57,940 nt of DNA from the IMG/VR virus record IMGVR_UViG_3300031951_000177, positions 1 through 57,940 of that record, one strand, 5' to 3'. Positions 8,379-16,299 of the stretch are shown here, piece after piece (positions within the stretch are counted from its first letter, which is position 1; each line of letters begins with the position of its first letter). Source of the DNA: a virus. Lineage: Duplodnaviria; Caudoviricetes. Below the pieces are notes generated by a model. It worked only from the letters and a program-made list of their open reading frames with translations. It searched no databases and had not been told where the DNA came from. Both the position numbers and the translations under genes were made by a program.

Positions 8379-8723
8379 ATGACAAACAACTTTGAGCGCC
8401 TAACGATCGGCGATAGGCTGCGCTACCTGATCGAGGTGCGCGGCTACACGCAAGTAGAGCTGGCAGCCAAGATTGGGTTAACCCAAGCCGCCATCTCGAA
8501 CATCGTGACGAATTCAAGCCGCAAACCGAGTGCCCCGACCCTGCTCAAGCTCGCTGCCGCACTGCAAGCCAACCCCGACTGGATCCTGACAGGACAGGGC
8601 CAGCCGTTTGAGATCAACACCATCAGCGCCCAGTCCGAGAAGGACCTCCTGGAGGCGTTCAGGAACATGGACGACCAGGCCAAGGTAGCCCTCCTCGCCG
8701 CGGCCAAGGCGATGGCCAAGTAA
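8379..8723 (+). CDS. CI-like XRE/HTH_3 repressor lacking an S24 autopeptidase domain
   Basis: IGDRLRYL...GYTQVELAAKIGLTQAAISNI...RKPSAPTLLKLAAALQANPDWILTGQG; only 114 aa. Confidence 0.9.
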   Translation: MTNNFERLTIGDRLRYLIEVRGYTQVELAAKIGLTQAAISNIVTNSSRKPSAPTLLKLAAALQANPDWILTGQGQPFEINTISAQSEKDLLEAFRNMDDQAKVALLAAAKAMAK

Positions 8724-8791
8724 CCCCCGGCCTTAGGGCCCCGACAGTATCACAATGCCCATACATTTTTGTCAACCAATCGCCCATGGAC

Positions 8792-8810
8792 TTCACAACT
8801 GTGATGTAAT
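8792..8810 (+). promoter_or_regulatory. Early promoter/operator 1
   Basis: TTCACAACTGTGA followed by the -10-like TGTAAT, identical to the 9.43-kb site; -35 is poor. Confidence 0.65.
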
Positions 8811-8844
8811 CAATCCCGTCAAGAGATCAACACGGAGCAACGAG

Positions 8845-9042
8845 ATGCACCACAACAGCTTCAACTTCGAGTACGCCAACGCCACGTCCGCCGAGCTCAC
8901 CGAGTGGGAAGACGCCGCCCTCGAGCGCGAGTACGACAAGCAGCAACACGAATACGACGAGTACCAGGCGTGGCAAGACGAGCGCTACGAAGAGTCTGTG
9001 CGCAAGTCCTACGAAGCCCGCGGCCTGGCCAACATTTACTGA
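8845..9042 (+). CDS. Small acidic, aromatic-rich early protein
   Basis: GGAG RBS; MHHNSFNFEY...EWEDAALEREYDKQQHEYDEYQAWQDERYEE. Confidence 0.75.
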   Translation: MHHNSFNFEYANATSAELTEWEDAALEREYDKQQHEYDEYQAWQDERYEESVRKSYEARGLANIY

Positions 9043-9055
9043 TAGGAGACCCAGC

Positions 9056-9403
9056 ATGATCACTCCCAGCATCAAAGCCCTGCGCACCATCACTTCCAAC
9101 CTGACTGCTGCGCGCCGCGCAAAAGCCATCCTCAACATGTCTCGAGCAGAACTCGAAGTCCTGCCCGCGGCAGCCGCACGCATCCGCGAGTGCTACAACC
9201 CGCCGAGCACGCCCGACCTGCGCATGACCGTACTCAATGACTTGCTCTGCACTCACGGCGTAGAAGCATTCCGCCTGCGCGACGGCAGCAACGTCATGTA
9301 TCTGAACGCCGGCGACACCTACACGCCGACGATCGTGCGGATGCGCGGCAACTACTACGTCCGCGACTGGGGCTCGATTGCTGAGCGCCACGCAGCAGAG
9401 TGA
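9056..9403 (+). CDS. Early hypothetical protein
   Basis: AGGAG RBS; YLNAGDTYTPTI motif common in phage early proteins. Confidence 0.8.
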   Translation: MITPSIKALRTITSNLTAARRAKAILNMSRAELEVLPAAAARIRECYNPPSTPDLRMTVLNDLLCTHGVEAFRLRDGSNVMYLNAGDTYTPTIVRMRGNYYVRDWGSIAERHAAE

Positions 9404-9406
9404 TGT

Positions 9407-9447
9407 ATCACATTGCTGTTGACAGCACTTCACAACTGTGATGTAAT
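9407..9447 (+). promoter_or_regulatory. Early promoter 2 with two operator sites
   Basis: TTGACA(9419)-17 nt-TGTAAT; operators at 9407 and 9429. Confidence 0.8.
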
Positions 9448-9504
9448 CACTTCGTCAGAGATGACACCGGCCCGGCGGATCCCGGGACGCGACAGGAGTC
9501 CGAC

Positions 9505-9813
9505 ATGACCACAGTTCGATTGATCGTCAAGAACAACGCCCTGTACTTCCCGCACGGCGGCACCGACTTCGACAAGCCCGGCTGCCCTTCCAGCCCCGAG
9601 CTGCCGACGCTGCTGATTCGCCGCTACCCCGCCGGCGACTTCGACACGATCTCGTGGCCGCTGCCACGCGGCAAAGCCAAGCGCGAGAGTGCGCTTAGAA
9701 ACCTTGCCTACGCCCTGTTCGACGAGCGCGAGTGCAATGACCTCTTCCCCTACGACGCCGTGATCGAGCTGCCTGACGGCACCGTGTTCAATTTCGACGA
9801 CCTTGTCCGCTGA
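9505..9813 (+). CDS. Early hypothetical protein
   Basis: AGGAG RBS; typical codon usage. Confidence 0.8.
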   Translation: MTTVRLIVKNNALYFPHGGTDFDKPGCPSSPELPTLLIRRYPAGDFDTISWPLPRGKAKRESALRNLAYALFDERECNDLFPYDAVIELPDGTVFNFDDLVR

Positions 9814-9827
9814 ACGGAGACATCACC

Positions 9828-10217
9828 ATGCCTAAGCAAAACCAATCCATCCGCGCCTACGAGACCTTCACGACCAACCTGAAGAACCTGCCCGACGGCG
9901 AGTACATGACCGAGACCCTGTACAGCGACACCGTCCCCTACAAGGTCGTCGCCCGCACGGCCGCCACCGTCACCCTGCAAGAGGTCCTGGTCGATCGCGA
10001 CCCAGAGTGGAAGCCGGAGATCATTCCCGGCGGCTTCGCTGGCCACTGCACCAACCAAAACGAGCAGACCTGGCTGTACGCCGGCCTGGGCCAGCGCACC
10101 ATTCGCGTCCGCCTCGTCAAGAGCCGCTTCTACGGATCCAGCAAGATGTGGCGCAGCAGCGAAGGCCACGAGTTCATCGCCAACGGCGCACGCCGCAAGT
10201 ACGACTACAACTTCTGA
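9828..10217 (+). CDS. Early hypothetical protein
   Basis: GGAG RBS; YSDTVPYKVV...IIPGGFAGHCTNQ...KYDYNF. Confidence 0.8.
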   Translation: MPKQNQSIRAYETFTTNLKNLPDGEYMTETLYSDTVPYKVVARTAATVTLQEVLVDRDPEWKPEIIPGGFAGHCTNQNEQTWLYAGLGQRTIRVRLVKSRFYGSSKMWRSSEGHEFIANGARRKYDYNF

Positions 10218-10239
10218 AGTATCACAACTGTGATATCAT
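10212..10239 (+). promoter_or_regulatory. Early promoter 3 with palindromic operator
   Basis: ATCACA-AC-TGTGAT at 10221-10234 overlapping -10 TATCAT. Confidence 0.7.
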
Positions 10240-10282
10240 GCAGACCTGGCCCGGCAGTTCCGGGACGTGACCGGAGACCGAG

Positions 10283-10498
10283 ATGACCAACGAACAGTTC
10301 CTCGCCATCGTCGACAGCAACATCGCGATGTTCAAGAAGTACAGCGACGCGAACAGCCGCGCAGTGCTTGAAGAGCTCGTGACCGGACGCGCTGCTGCTG
10401 TCCAGTCCTTCGAGGGCAAGCGTGCCTGGCAAGACGTCCCCTACCGCGTCCGCCAGTTCCGCCAAGTGATGCCCGAGTGGGGCACCCGCGGCACCTGA
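10283..10498 (+). CDS. Early hypothetical protein
   Basis: GGAG RBS; 71 aa. Confidence 0.78.
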   Translation: MTNEQFLAIVDSNIAMFKKYSDANSRAVLEELVTGRAAAVQSFEGKRAWQDVPYRVRQFRQVMPEWGTRGT

Positions 10499-10522
10499 TC
10501 AATCACCAACCGGAGACGACGA

Positions 10523-10822
10523 ATGAGCTACTCAAACCCCATGCACCACGACGCTATGAAGCCCATGCCTGCCAAGTTCCGCAGCGCCTTCGCTGCCTTC
10601 AAGAAGATGGGCGTGCCGGTCTACCAGCACCCCGACGACAGTCGCAACTTCTCGATCGACGCCGAGGCGTCTGACGCCGAGCGGTGGGTCGACTACTACG
10701 GCAACCCGTACCGCGAGGAGCTCGTGTTCGGTGTGCACATCGACCTCGAGCGCGAGCTGCAGAAGCGCGGCCTGTACGCCGAGTGGGTCAACCCCGGCCG
10801 GCTGGCGGTGTACGAGGGCTGA
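10523..10822 (+). CDS. Early hypothetical protein
   Basis: GGAG RBS; 99 aa ending GLYAEWVNPG. Confidence 0.8.
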   Translation: MSYSNPMHHDAMKPMPAKFRSAFAAFKKMGVPVYQHPDDSRNFSIDAEASDAERWVDYYGNPYREELVFGVHIDLERELQKRGLYAEWVNPGRLAVYEG

Positions 10823-10823
10823 C

Positions 10824-11303
10824 ATGAACGAGGCTCTCATCAACGCCATCGAGCTCGCAGCCGTGGCCCACGATGGCCAGGTCGACGGCGCCGGCAGGCC
10901 GTACATCCTGCACTGCCTGGCCGTGCTGCGCACGGTGGCCAAGAAGCTGCCAAACAACATTGACGCCCAGGTGGCCGCTGTGCTGCACGACGTGCTCGAG
11001 GACACCAGCATCAGGGCGCCAAGCCTGCTGATCCACGGCGTCAGCTACCGCGCCGTCAGCCTGATCGAGGCCGTCACCAGGAAGCCCGACGAGGACTACG
11101 AGTCGTTCATCGACCGCGTGGCCGACACGGGCCCTGTCGCGATTGTGATCAAGCTCGCCGACCTCGAGCACAACCTGTCGCGCATCGACGGCCTGCCGGC
11201 TGCACGCCGCGCCAAGCTCGAGCCCCGCTACCAGGCTGCAAAAAAGAAGTTGACCGCTGCACTCAAGTATCACAATGGTGTTGCTCACACTTCACAACTG
11301 TGA
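10824..11303 (+). CDS. HD-domain small alarmone hydrolase (RelA/SpoT hydrolase or Mesh1-like)
   Basis: AHDGQVDGAGRPYILHCLAV, AAVLHDVLEDT, IKLADLEHN. Confidence 0.88.
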   Translation: MNEALINAIELAAVAHDGQVDGAGRPYILHCLAVLRTVAKKLPNNIDAQVAAVLHDVLEDTSIRAPSLLIHGVSYRAVSLIEAVTRKPDEDYESFIDRVADTGPVAIVIKLADLEHNLSRIDGLPAARRAKLEPRYQAAKKKLTAALKYHNGVAHTSQL

Positions 11304-11309
11304 TGAAAT
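11269..11309 (+). promoter_or_regulatory. Early promoter 4 with two operator sites
   Basis: TTGCTC(11281)-17 nt-TGAAAT; operators at 11269 and 11291. Confidence 0.7.
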
Positions 11310-11373
11310 CTCTCTTGTCGACGGAGCAGTCGACACCGACCCGGCGGCACCGGGCGCTCCAGAAGGACGCAAC

Positions 11374-11580
11374 ATGAAGCTGGCAATCCTGATCAAGTCT
11401 GTGTACGGCAACACGCTGTACTACCCCTTCAACGACGCAGCCCGCGCACTCGCCGGTATCGCCGGCAAGAAGACGTTCTCGGCGAAAGACCTGCAGATCG
11501 CCTACACGCAGCTCGGCTTCGAGATCGACTACGTCGACGCCGCGTCCTTCCTGAAGCCTGAGCTGCTGCTCGCAGCCTGA
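11374..11580 (+). CDS. Early hypothetical protein
   Basis: AAGGA RBS; IKSVYGNTLYYP...LAGIAGKKTF. Confidence 0.8.
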   Translation: MKLAILIKSVYGNTLYYPFNDAARALAGIAGKKTFSAKDLQIAYTQLGFEIDYVDAASFLKPELLLAA

Positions 11581-11593
11581 TCGGAGACCCACC

Positions 11594-11773
11594 ATGAACC
11601 TCGCAAACGTAGTGATGATCGCCGAGGGCGCAATGCCCGCTGACAGCGAAGAGCAGTACATCGAAGCCTGGCAGCAACTGATCGACACCGGCCTGTGCTG
11701 GAGGCTGCAAGGCTTCTTCGGCCGCACGGCCCAGCACCTGATCGAGCAAGGCATCTGCAGCCCCGCCAACTAA
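11594..11773 (+). CDS. Early hypothetical protein (59 aa)
   Basis: Manual translation ...AWQQLIDTGLCWRLQGFFGRTAQHLIEQG; GGAG RBS. Confidence 0.8.
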   Translation: MNLANVVMIAEGAMPADSEEQYIEAWQQLIDTGLCWRLQGFFGRTAQHLIEQGICSPAN

Positions 11774-11785
11774 GGAGACCACACC

Positions 11786-12217
11786 ATGTCCGCATACCTC
11801 GTACCCGACTACCACATCAACGCGCTCGTGAGCTGGGCCGCCGGCAAGCACGGCTCCAACGCCGTCAGCTACTGGTGGGGCAACAAGCATCGCGAAGTCC
11901 GCAACGACGCAGCCCGCGTCGCATCGGTGCTCTTCGCCGAAAACGTGCGCAGCGTCAACAGCCGCTACAAAGAGCACGACCCGGCGCACGGCTTCAAGTT
12001 CAAGCCGGTGCCAAACATGCTGAACCCGATCGACGTCATCAAGGCCTGCCACGGTTACAGCTATCAGGCCTGCGAAACCGAAGACTGGGAACAGTCCGAG
12101 GCCTTTGCGATCATCAAGGGCATCGAGCGCTCAGCGATTCGTTCGCTGCCCGGCTACGAAGACAGCAACGCCTGGTGCATCAGCGGCCCCAATTTCAACC
12201 TGAAGGAGACAGCATGA
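11786..12217 (+). CDS. Early hypothetical protein
   Basis: AAGGAG RBS; ENVRSVNSRY...YSYQACE. Confidence 0.82.
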   Translation: MSAYLVPDYHINALVSWAAGKHGSNAVSYWWGNKHREVRNDAARVASVLFAENVRSVNSRYKEHDPAHGFKFKPVPNMLNPIDVIKACHGYSYQACETEDWEQSEAFAIIKGIERSAIRSLPGYEDSNAWCISGPNFNLKETA

Positions 12218-12420
12218 ACAAGCTCAACATCAAGGCCACCAGCATGCACGTCATGCACGGCCACCCGCTGGACCGCCGCGGCTGCTACGTCGACGTCACG
12301 CTGCACCTCAGCGACGACCAGATCAAGGACGCGCTGTACGAGCTCATCAGTTCGCTGCGGCTTTCAGAGGTCGAGCACATGCTGCGCAACGAGTTCCCAG
12401 ACCTGTTCGAAACCGCTTGA
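12214..12420 (+). CDS. Early hypothetical protein
   Basis: AAGGAG RBS, ATGA overlap; MNKLNIKATSMHV. Confidence 0.75.
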   Translation: MNKLNIKATSMHVMHGHPLDRRGCYVDVTLHLSDDQIKDALYELISSLRLSEVEHMLRNEFPDLFETA

Positions 12421-12444
12421 CCAGCATCACAATGCTGATAAACT
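12417..12444 (+). promoter_or_regulatory. Promoter 5 with operator (recombination/replication operon)
   Basis: TTGACC-16 nt-TAAACT with ATCACAATGCTGAT at 12426. Confidence 0.65.
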
Positions 12445-12489
12445 TCTAACCGAGACGCACGTTTTTTAACCACTCCGAAAGGACGCATC

Positions 12490-12873
12490 ATGCAAACAAT
12501 CTCCCTGTCCGAGCTCATCGCAGCTCGCATCGCCGCCAAGCGCATCGAAGACGAGGCCATCGCTGAGCGCCGGCTGATCGACAAGCAGATCGCCGACATG
12601 CTGAAGGACCCGGCCAAGCCCGAAGGCTCCATCAGCCAGCGCACCGAGGGCTGCAAGGTCACCGTGACCTACAAGATCGACCGCAAGGTCGACACCGACG
12701 CGCTGACCAAGGCCTGGGACACCCTGTCCGCCGCGACCACCAACGCCTTCAAGTGGAAGGCCGACGTGTCGGTCTCCGAGCTGCGCAAGCTCGCCCCTGC
12801 TGACGCTGCCGCTGCAGCCGTGTTCATCACCAGCAAGGAAGGCTCCCCTTCGATCACGATCGAAGCGGTCTGA
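12490..12873 (+). CDS. Hypothetical protein of the recombination module
   Basis: AAGGA RBS; 127 aa; directly upstream of the AAA_24 gene. Confidence 0.82.
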   Translation: MQTISLSELIAARIAAKRIEDEAIAERRLIDKQIADMLKDPAKPEGSISQRTEGCKVTVTYKIDRKVDTDALTKAWDTLSAATTNAFKWKADVSVSELRKLAPADAAAAAVFITSKEGSPSITIEAV

Positions 12874-12928
12874 TCTCTTCCCCGGGCAATATCACATTGC
12901 CCATTTTTTCCCACTGCCTGGAGACGAC

Positions 12929-13621
12929 ATGGCAATCACCCTTACTTCCACCAAAGACAGCGCCGCGCTTAACGGCCTGAAGTTCCTGGTCCACGGCCCC
13001 GCGGGCGCCGGCAAGACCTCGCTCTGCGCCACGACGGGCGAGCCCACTGTGATCATCAGCGCCGAGTCCGGCCTGCTGTCACTGCGTGGCGTCGACATCC
13101 CGGTCATCGAGGTCAAGACCCTGGACCAGCTCTACGAGGCCTACGACTTCGTGACCAACACCGAGCAGGGCCAGGCCTTCAAGTGGATCTGCCTGGACTC
13201 CATCTCGGAGATCGCCGAGGTGGTGCTCAACCACGAGAAGAAGGTCGCGAAGGATCCACGCCAGGCCTACGGCGCGCTGGCCGAGAAGATGACGGATCTG
13301 ATCCGCGCCTTCCGCGACCTGCCCGGCCGCAACGTGTACTTCTCCTGCAAGCAGGAGCGCGCCAAGGACGAGCAGTCGGGCGCGATGCTGTACTACCCCG
13401 CCATGCCCGGCAACATGCTCAAGCAAGGCGTGGGGTACTTCTTTGACTTCGTGTTCGCCCTGCGCATCGAGAAGGATGCGGACGGCAACCCGACCCGCTG
13501 GCTGCAGACCAGCCGCGACTACAACTTTGAGGCCAAGGACCGCTCCGGCAGCCTCGAGATGTTCGAGTCCCCCGACCTGTCGGCGATCGCCGCCAAGGTC
13601 ATCTCCACCACCGCCAAGTAA
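12929..13621 (+). CDS. AAA_24 / Sak4-like single-strand annealing ATPase
   Basis: GPAGAGKT, ISAESGLLS, LDSISEIAE, AKDRSG; upstream of an SSB gene. Confidence 0.88.
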   Translation: MAITLTSTKDSAALNGLKFLVHGPAGAGKTSLCATTGEPTVIISAESGLLSLRGVDIPVIEVKTLDQLYEAYDFVTNTEQGQAFKWICLDSISEIAEVVLNHEKKVAKDPRQAYGALAEKMTDLIRAFRDLPGRNVYFSCKQERAKDEQSGAMLYYPAMPGNMLKQGVGYFFDFVFALRIEKDADGNPTRWLQTSRDYNFEAKDRSGSLEMFESPDLSAIAAKVISTTAK

Positions 13622-13641
13622 CTCCTGAAAGGACACCCATC

Positions 13642-14145
13642 ATGGCGCAATTTGAGTTCAACACCGACAGCGTGCAGAAGCGCGAAAACAGCTACGAGCT
13701 GCTGCCCGCGGGCTGGTACACCGCGCAGGTCACCGAGTCGGAGATCGTGCCCCTGAAGTCTGGCAACGGCCAGGCCCTGAAGCTCACCATCGAGGTACTG
13801 CAGGACGGCTATCGCGGCCGCAAGGTGTGGGCCCGCCTGAACGTGCGGCACACCAACCAGGTGGCCGAGCAGATCGGTCAGCAGCAACTGCGCGAGCTCT
13901 GCGAGTCCATCGGCCTGGCGCGCTTCCGCGACACGAGCGAGCTGCACAACAAGCCGATGCAGATCAAGGTCAAGATTCGCAAGGACGAGTCCGGCCAGTA
14001 CGAGGACCAGAACGACGTCAACGGCTTCAAGCCCGCGGCCGGTGGCGCAGCCCCCATGACTGCCGCCGCACCTCGTCCCGCTGCACCTGCAGCCAACGCA
14101 CCCGCAGCCGGCGCCACGCCCCCGTGGCAGAAGCGCGCTGCCTGA
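13642..14145 (+). CDS. DUF669-type single-stranded DNA-binding protein
   Basis: YELLPAGWYTAQV...GRKVWARLN...; Ala/Pro tail ending PPW. Confidence 0.85.
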   Translation: MAQFEFNTDSVQKRENSYELLPAGWYTAQVTESEIVPLKSGNGQALKLTIEVLQDGYRGRKVWARLNVRHTNQVAEQIGQQQLRELCESIGLARFRDTSELHNKPMQIKVKIRKDESGQYEDQNDVNGFKPAAGGAAPMTAAAPRPAAPAANAPAAGATPPWQKRAA

Positions 14146-14169
14146 TTCCCGCAACAACAGGAGAAGCCT

Positions 14170-14346
14170 GTGAATGAAGTGACTGTGACCCTACCGATCG
14201 ACTCGATCAACGCCGCCCTGGTGGCGTTGTCGAAGTTCCCCTATGACCAGGCCCAGCCGCACATCGACATGATCAAGTCCCGTGTCGATGCGGTGATCAA
14301 GGCCGCGCAAGACGCTCAACCCGCTGAAGGAGAAACGCAGCAATGA
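14170..14346 (+). CDS. Small hypothetical protein (58 aa)
   Basis: AGGAG RBS + GTG; INAALVALSKFPYDQAQPHIDMIK; ATGA coupling to the next gene. Confidence 0.72.
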   Translation: MNEVTVTLPIDSINAALVALSKFPYDQAQPHIDMIKSRVDAVIKAAQDAQPAEGETQQ

Positions 14347-14543
14347 CCACCCGTATCTACGCCGTCGAAGGCCCGCAGGGCTTCCACCTCGTGGAGGCCG
14401 GCACCAAGGTCGGCGCACTGCGCCACGTCGCCGAGAAGCACTTCACCGTCTCGGTGGCCAACCAGAAGACCCTGGTGGCCGCCATGAAGGACGGCGTGCA
14501 GATCGAGACGGCAGGCGCCGACGAGGGCCAGGCTACGTCCTGA
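14343..14543 (+). CDS. Small hypothetical protein
   Basis: AAGGAG RBS; 66 aa. Confidence 0.78.
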   Translation: MTTRIYAVEGPQGFHLVEAGTKVGALRHVAEKHFTVSVANQKTLVAAMKDGVQIETAGADEGQATS

Positions 14544-14647
14544 TCCGTGTGGGCCCGCAAGGGCCTGCAGCGGTGAGGGCCCGCCTCTGGGAGATCCCGG
14601 GGGAGGCCACGGGTCCTCACCCCTGCAACGACACAAGGAGTGTCCCC

Positions 14648-15706
14648 ATGGCCACAGTGCCCGAACCCATGCACACCACCGCCGAGATGATCTACCGGGC
14701 CTACGAGTCCGACGCAGACGACGGCCACCGCCCGCACCTGGGCGCATCCCTGATCGGCCACGCTTGCGAGCGCTACCTGTGGCTGACCTTCCGCTGGGCC
14801 GGATCGAAGAAGCATTCAGGCCGGATGCTGCGCCTGTTCAAGGCCGGCAATGACTTCGAGCCGCGCATCGTGGCCGAGCTGCGCCGCATCGGAGTCGAGG
14901 TCCACGATGTTGCGCCGGACGGTAAGCAGTGGCGCGTGTCGAGCGTCGGCGGCCACTTCGCTGGCCACATGGACGGCGCCGCACGGGGCTTCCCCGAGGC
15001 GCCCAAGGCGTGGTCGGTAGTCGAGTTCAAGACGCACAACGCGAAGTCGTTTGCGGCCCTCTTGAAGGAGGGCGTGCAGAAGTCCAAGCCCCAGCACTAC
15101 GCGCAGATGCAGACCTACATGGGCGAGACCGGCATGGTCCGCGCCATGTACATCGCGGAGAACAAGGACACCAGCGAGCTCTACGCTGAGTGGGTCCACT
15201 TCGACGAGGTCGAGTTCGCCAGGCTGAAGGCTCGCGCCGAGCGCGTGATCACTGCGGCCGAGCCGCCGCTGCGCTGCTCGAACGACCCGAGCTGGTACGT
15301 CTGCAAGATGTGCGACTTCTACTCTCTGTGCCACGGCGAGGAGGCGCCCGACGTCAACTGCCGCACCTGCGCGCACAGCACTCCCGTGGTCGATGGCGAG
15401 GACGGCAAGTGGAACTGCCGCGAGTTTGGCGAGGTGGGCCTGATCGCACAGCGCGAGTCGCACCAGTGCCGCACGCACCGGTACATCCCCATCCTGCTCG
15501 AGCGCTTTGCGACGCAGAAGGACTATGTCAATGGTGATGTCGTGTACGAGCACGAGCACGGCACGCTTGCCAACGGCCAGGGCGACGGCGCGCTGAGCTC
15601 GCTGGAGATCAAGGCCTGCGAGCAGAAGGTCATGCTCGTCGATGCCTCGCGCGTGAAGGGTGCGCTGCAGGCTCAAGGTGTCACCACAGCGAGGGTCGTC
15701 GCATGA
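14648..15706 (+). CDS. PD-(D/E)XK Cas4/RecB-like exonuclease
   Basis: RPHLGASLIGHACERYLW, GHMDG, VEFKTHN, HYAQMQTYM, CKMCDF, NCRTC; AAGGAG RBS. Confidence 0.88.
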   Translation: MATVPEPMHTTAEMIYRAYESDADDGHRPHLGASLIGHACERYLWLTFRWAGSKKHSGRMLRLFKAGNDFEPRIVAELRRIGVEVHDVAPDGKQWRVSSVGGHFAGHMDGAARGFPEAPKAWSVVEFKTHNAKSFAALLKEGVQKSKPQHYAQMQTYMGETGMVRAMYIAENKDTSELYAEWVHFDEVEFARLKARAERVITAAEPPLRCSNDPSWYVCKMCDFYSLCHGEEAPDVNCRTCAHSTPVVDGEDGKWNCREFGEVGLIAQRESHQCRTHRYIPILLERFATQKDYVNGDVVYEHEHGTLANGQGDGALSSLEIKACEQKVMLVDASRVKGALQAQGVTTARVVA

Positions 15707-16299
15707 TCAAAGCAATCGACACCAGATACAAGGGATATTTGTTTCGATCCAGGCTTGAGGCGCGGTGGGCCGTTTTCTTTGACCAAATGGGTTGGTCTTG
15801 GGATTACGAACCAGAAGGGTTTGAACTCGGCGGCACACAGTACCTCCCAGACTTCAAGGTTGCGATTCCTCGTGGCGACCACACTTGGTTTGAAGTCAAG
15901 CCGCGGGAAACTGAAATCGACCCCAAATTCGATGCGTTTTTCAAACTGCTGACCAAAGAAACCATCTGGGGCAACGCGGCCCAACTCCTGCGCGGCGACC
16001 CCGTCGACCACCTTGAGCGCATTGCTCGAAGTAATCAACTGATGTGCCTTGGATGCGGCACTGTGATCAAGGGTGGATACAGCGCGTGCGGTGGCGGCGA
16101 GGTATGTTGCTATTGCGATTTCTGCGACTTCACCGGCCATACTGGCGACAAATATCAAGGGCTTTGCGCACCGTACACCTATCACAAGGGCAGCCTTTGC
16201 TTCTGTACGCTCGACATTGACGCGGCGCATAGGCGCCTGAGAGCCGCCGCGGTTGCTGCCCGTTCGGCAAGGTTTGAGTTTGGCGGAGTTAGCGCATGA
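15703..16299 (+). CDS. PD-(D/E)XK-type endonuclease (lower-GC insert)
   Basis: FRSRLEARWAVFFD...YEPEGF...YLPDF...WFEVKP. Confidence 0.8.
   Translation: MIKAIDTRYKGYLFRSRLEARWAVFFDQMGWSWDYEPEGFELGGTQYLPDFKVAIPRGDHTWFEVKPRETEIDPKFDAFFKLLTKETIWGNAAQLLRGDPVDHLERIARSNQLMCLGCGTVIKGGYSACGGGEVCCYCDFCDFTGHTGDKYQGLCAPYTYHKGSLCFCTLDIDAAHRRLRAAAVAARSARFEFGGVSA

Noticed and set aside
10221-10234. Operator as a host CRP site
   Set aside because: CRP sites are TGTGA-N6-TCACA; here the half-sites are in the opposite order with a 2-nt spacer
8790-11370. Early-region repeats as a CRISPR array
   Set aside because: Spacing is hundreds of bp and contains genes; the repeats are promoter/operator units
14648-15706. 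Cas4-like gene as part of a CRISPR-Cas system
   Set aside because: No other cas genes or array; it sits in the standard Sak4-SSB-exonuclease-helicase module
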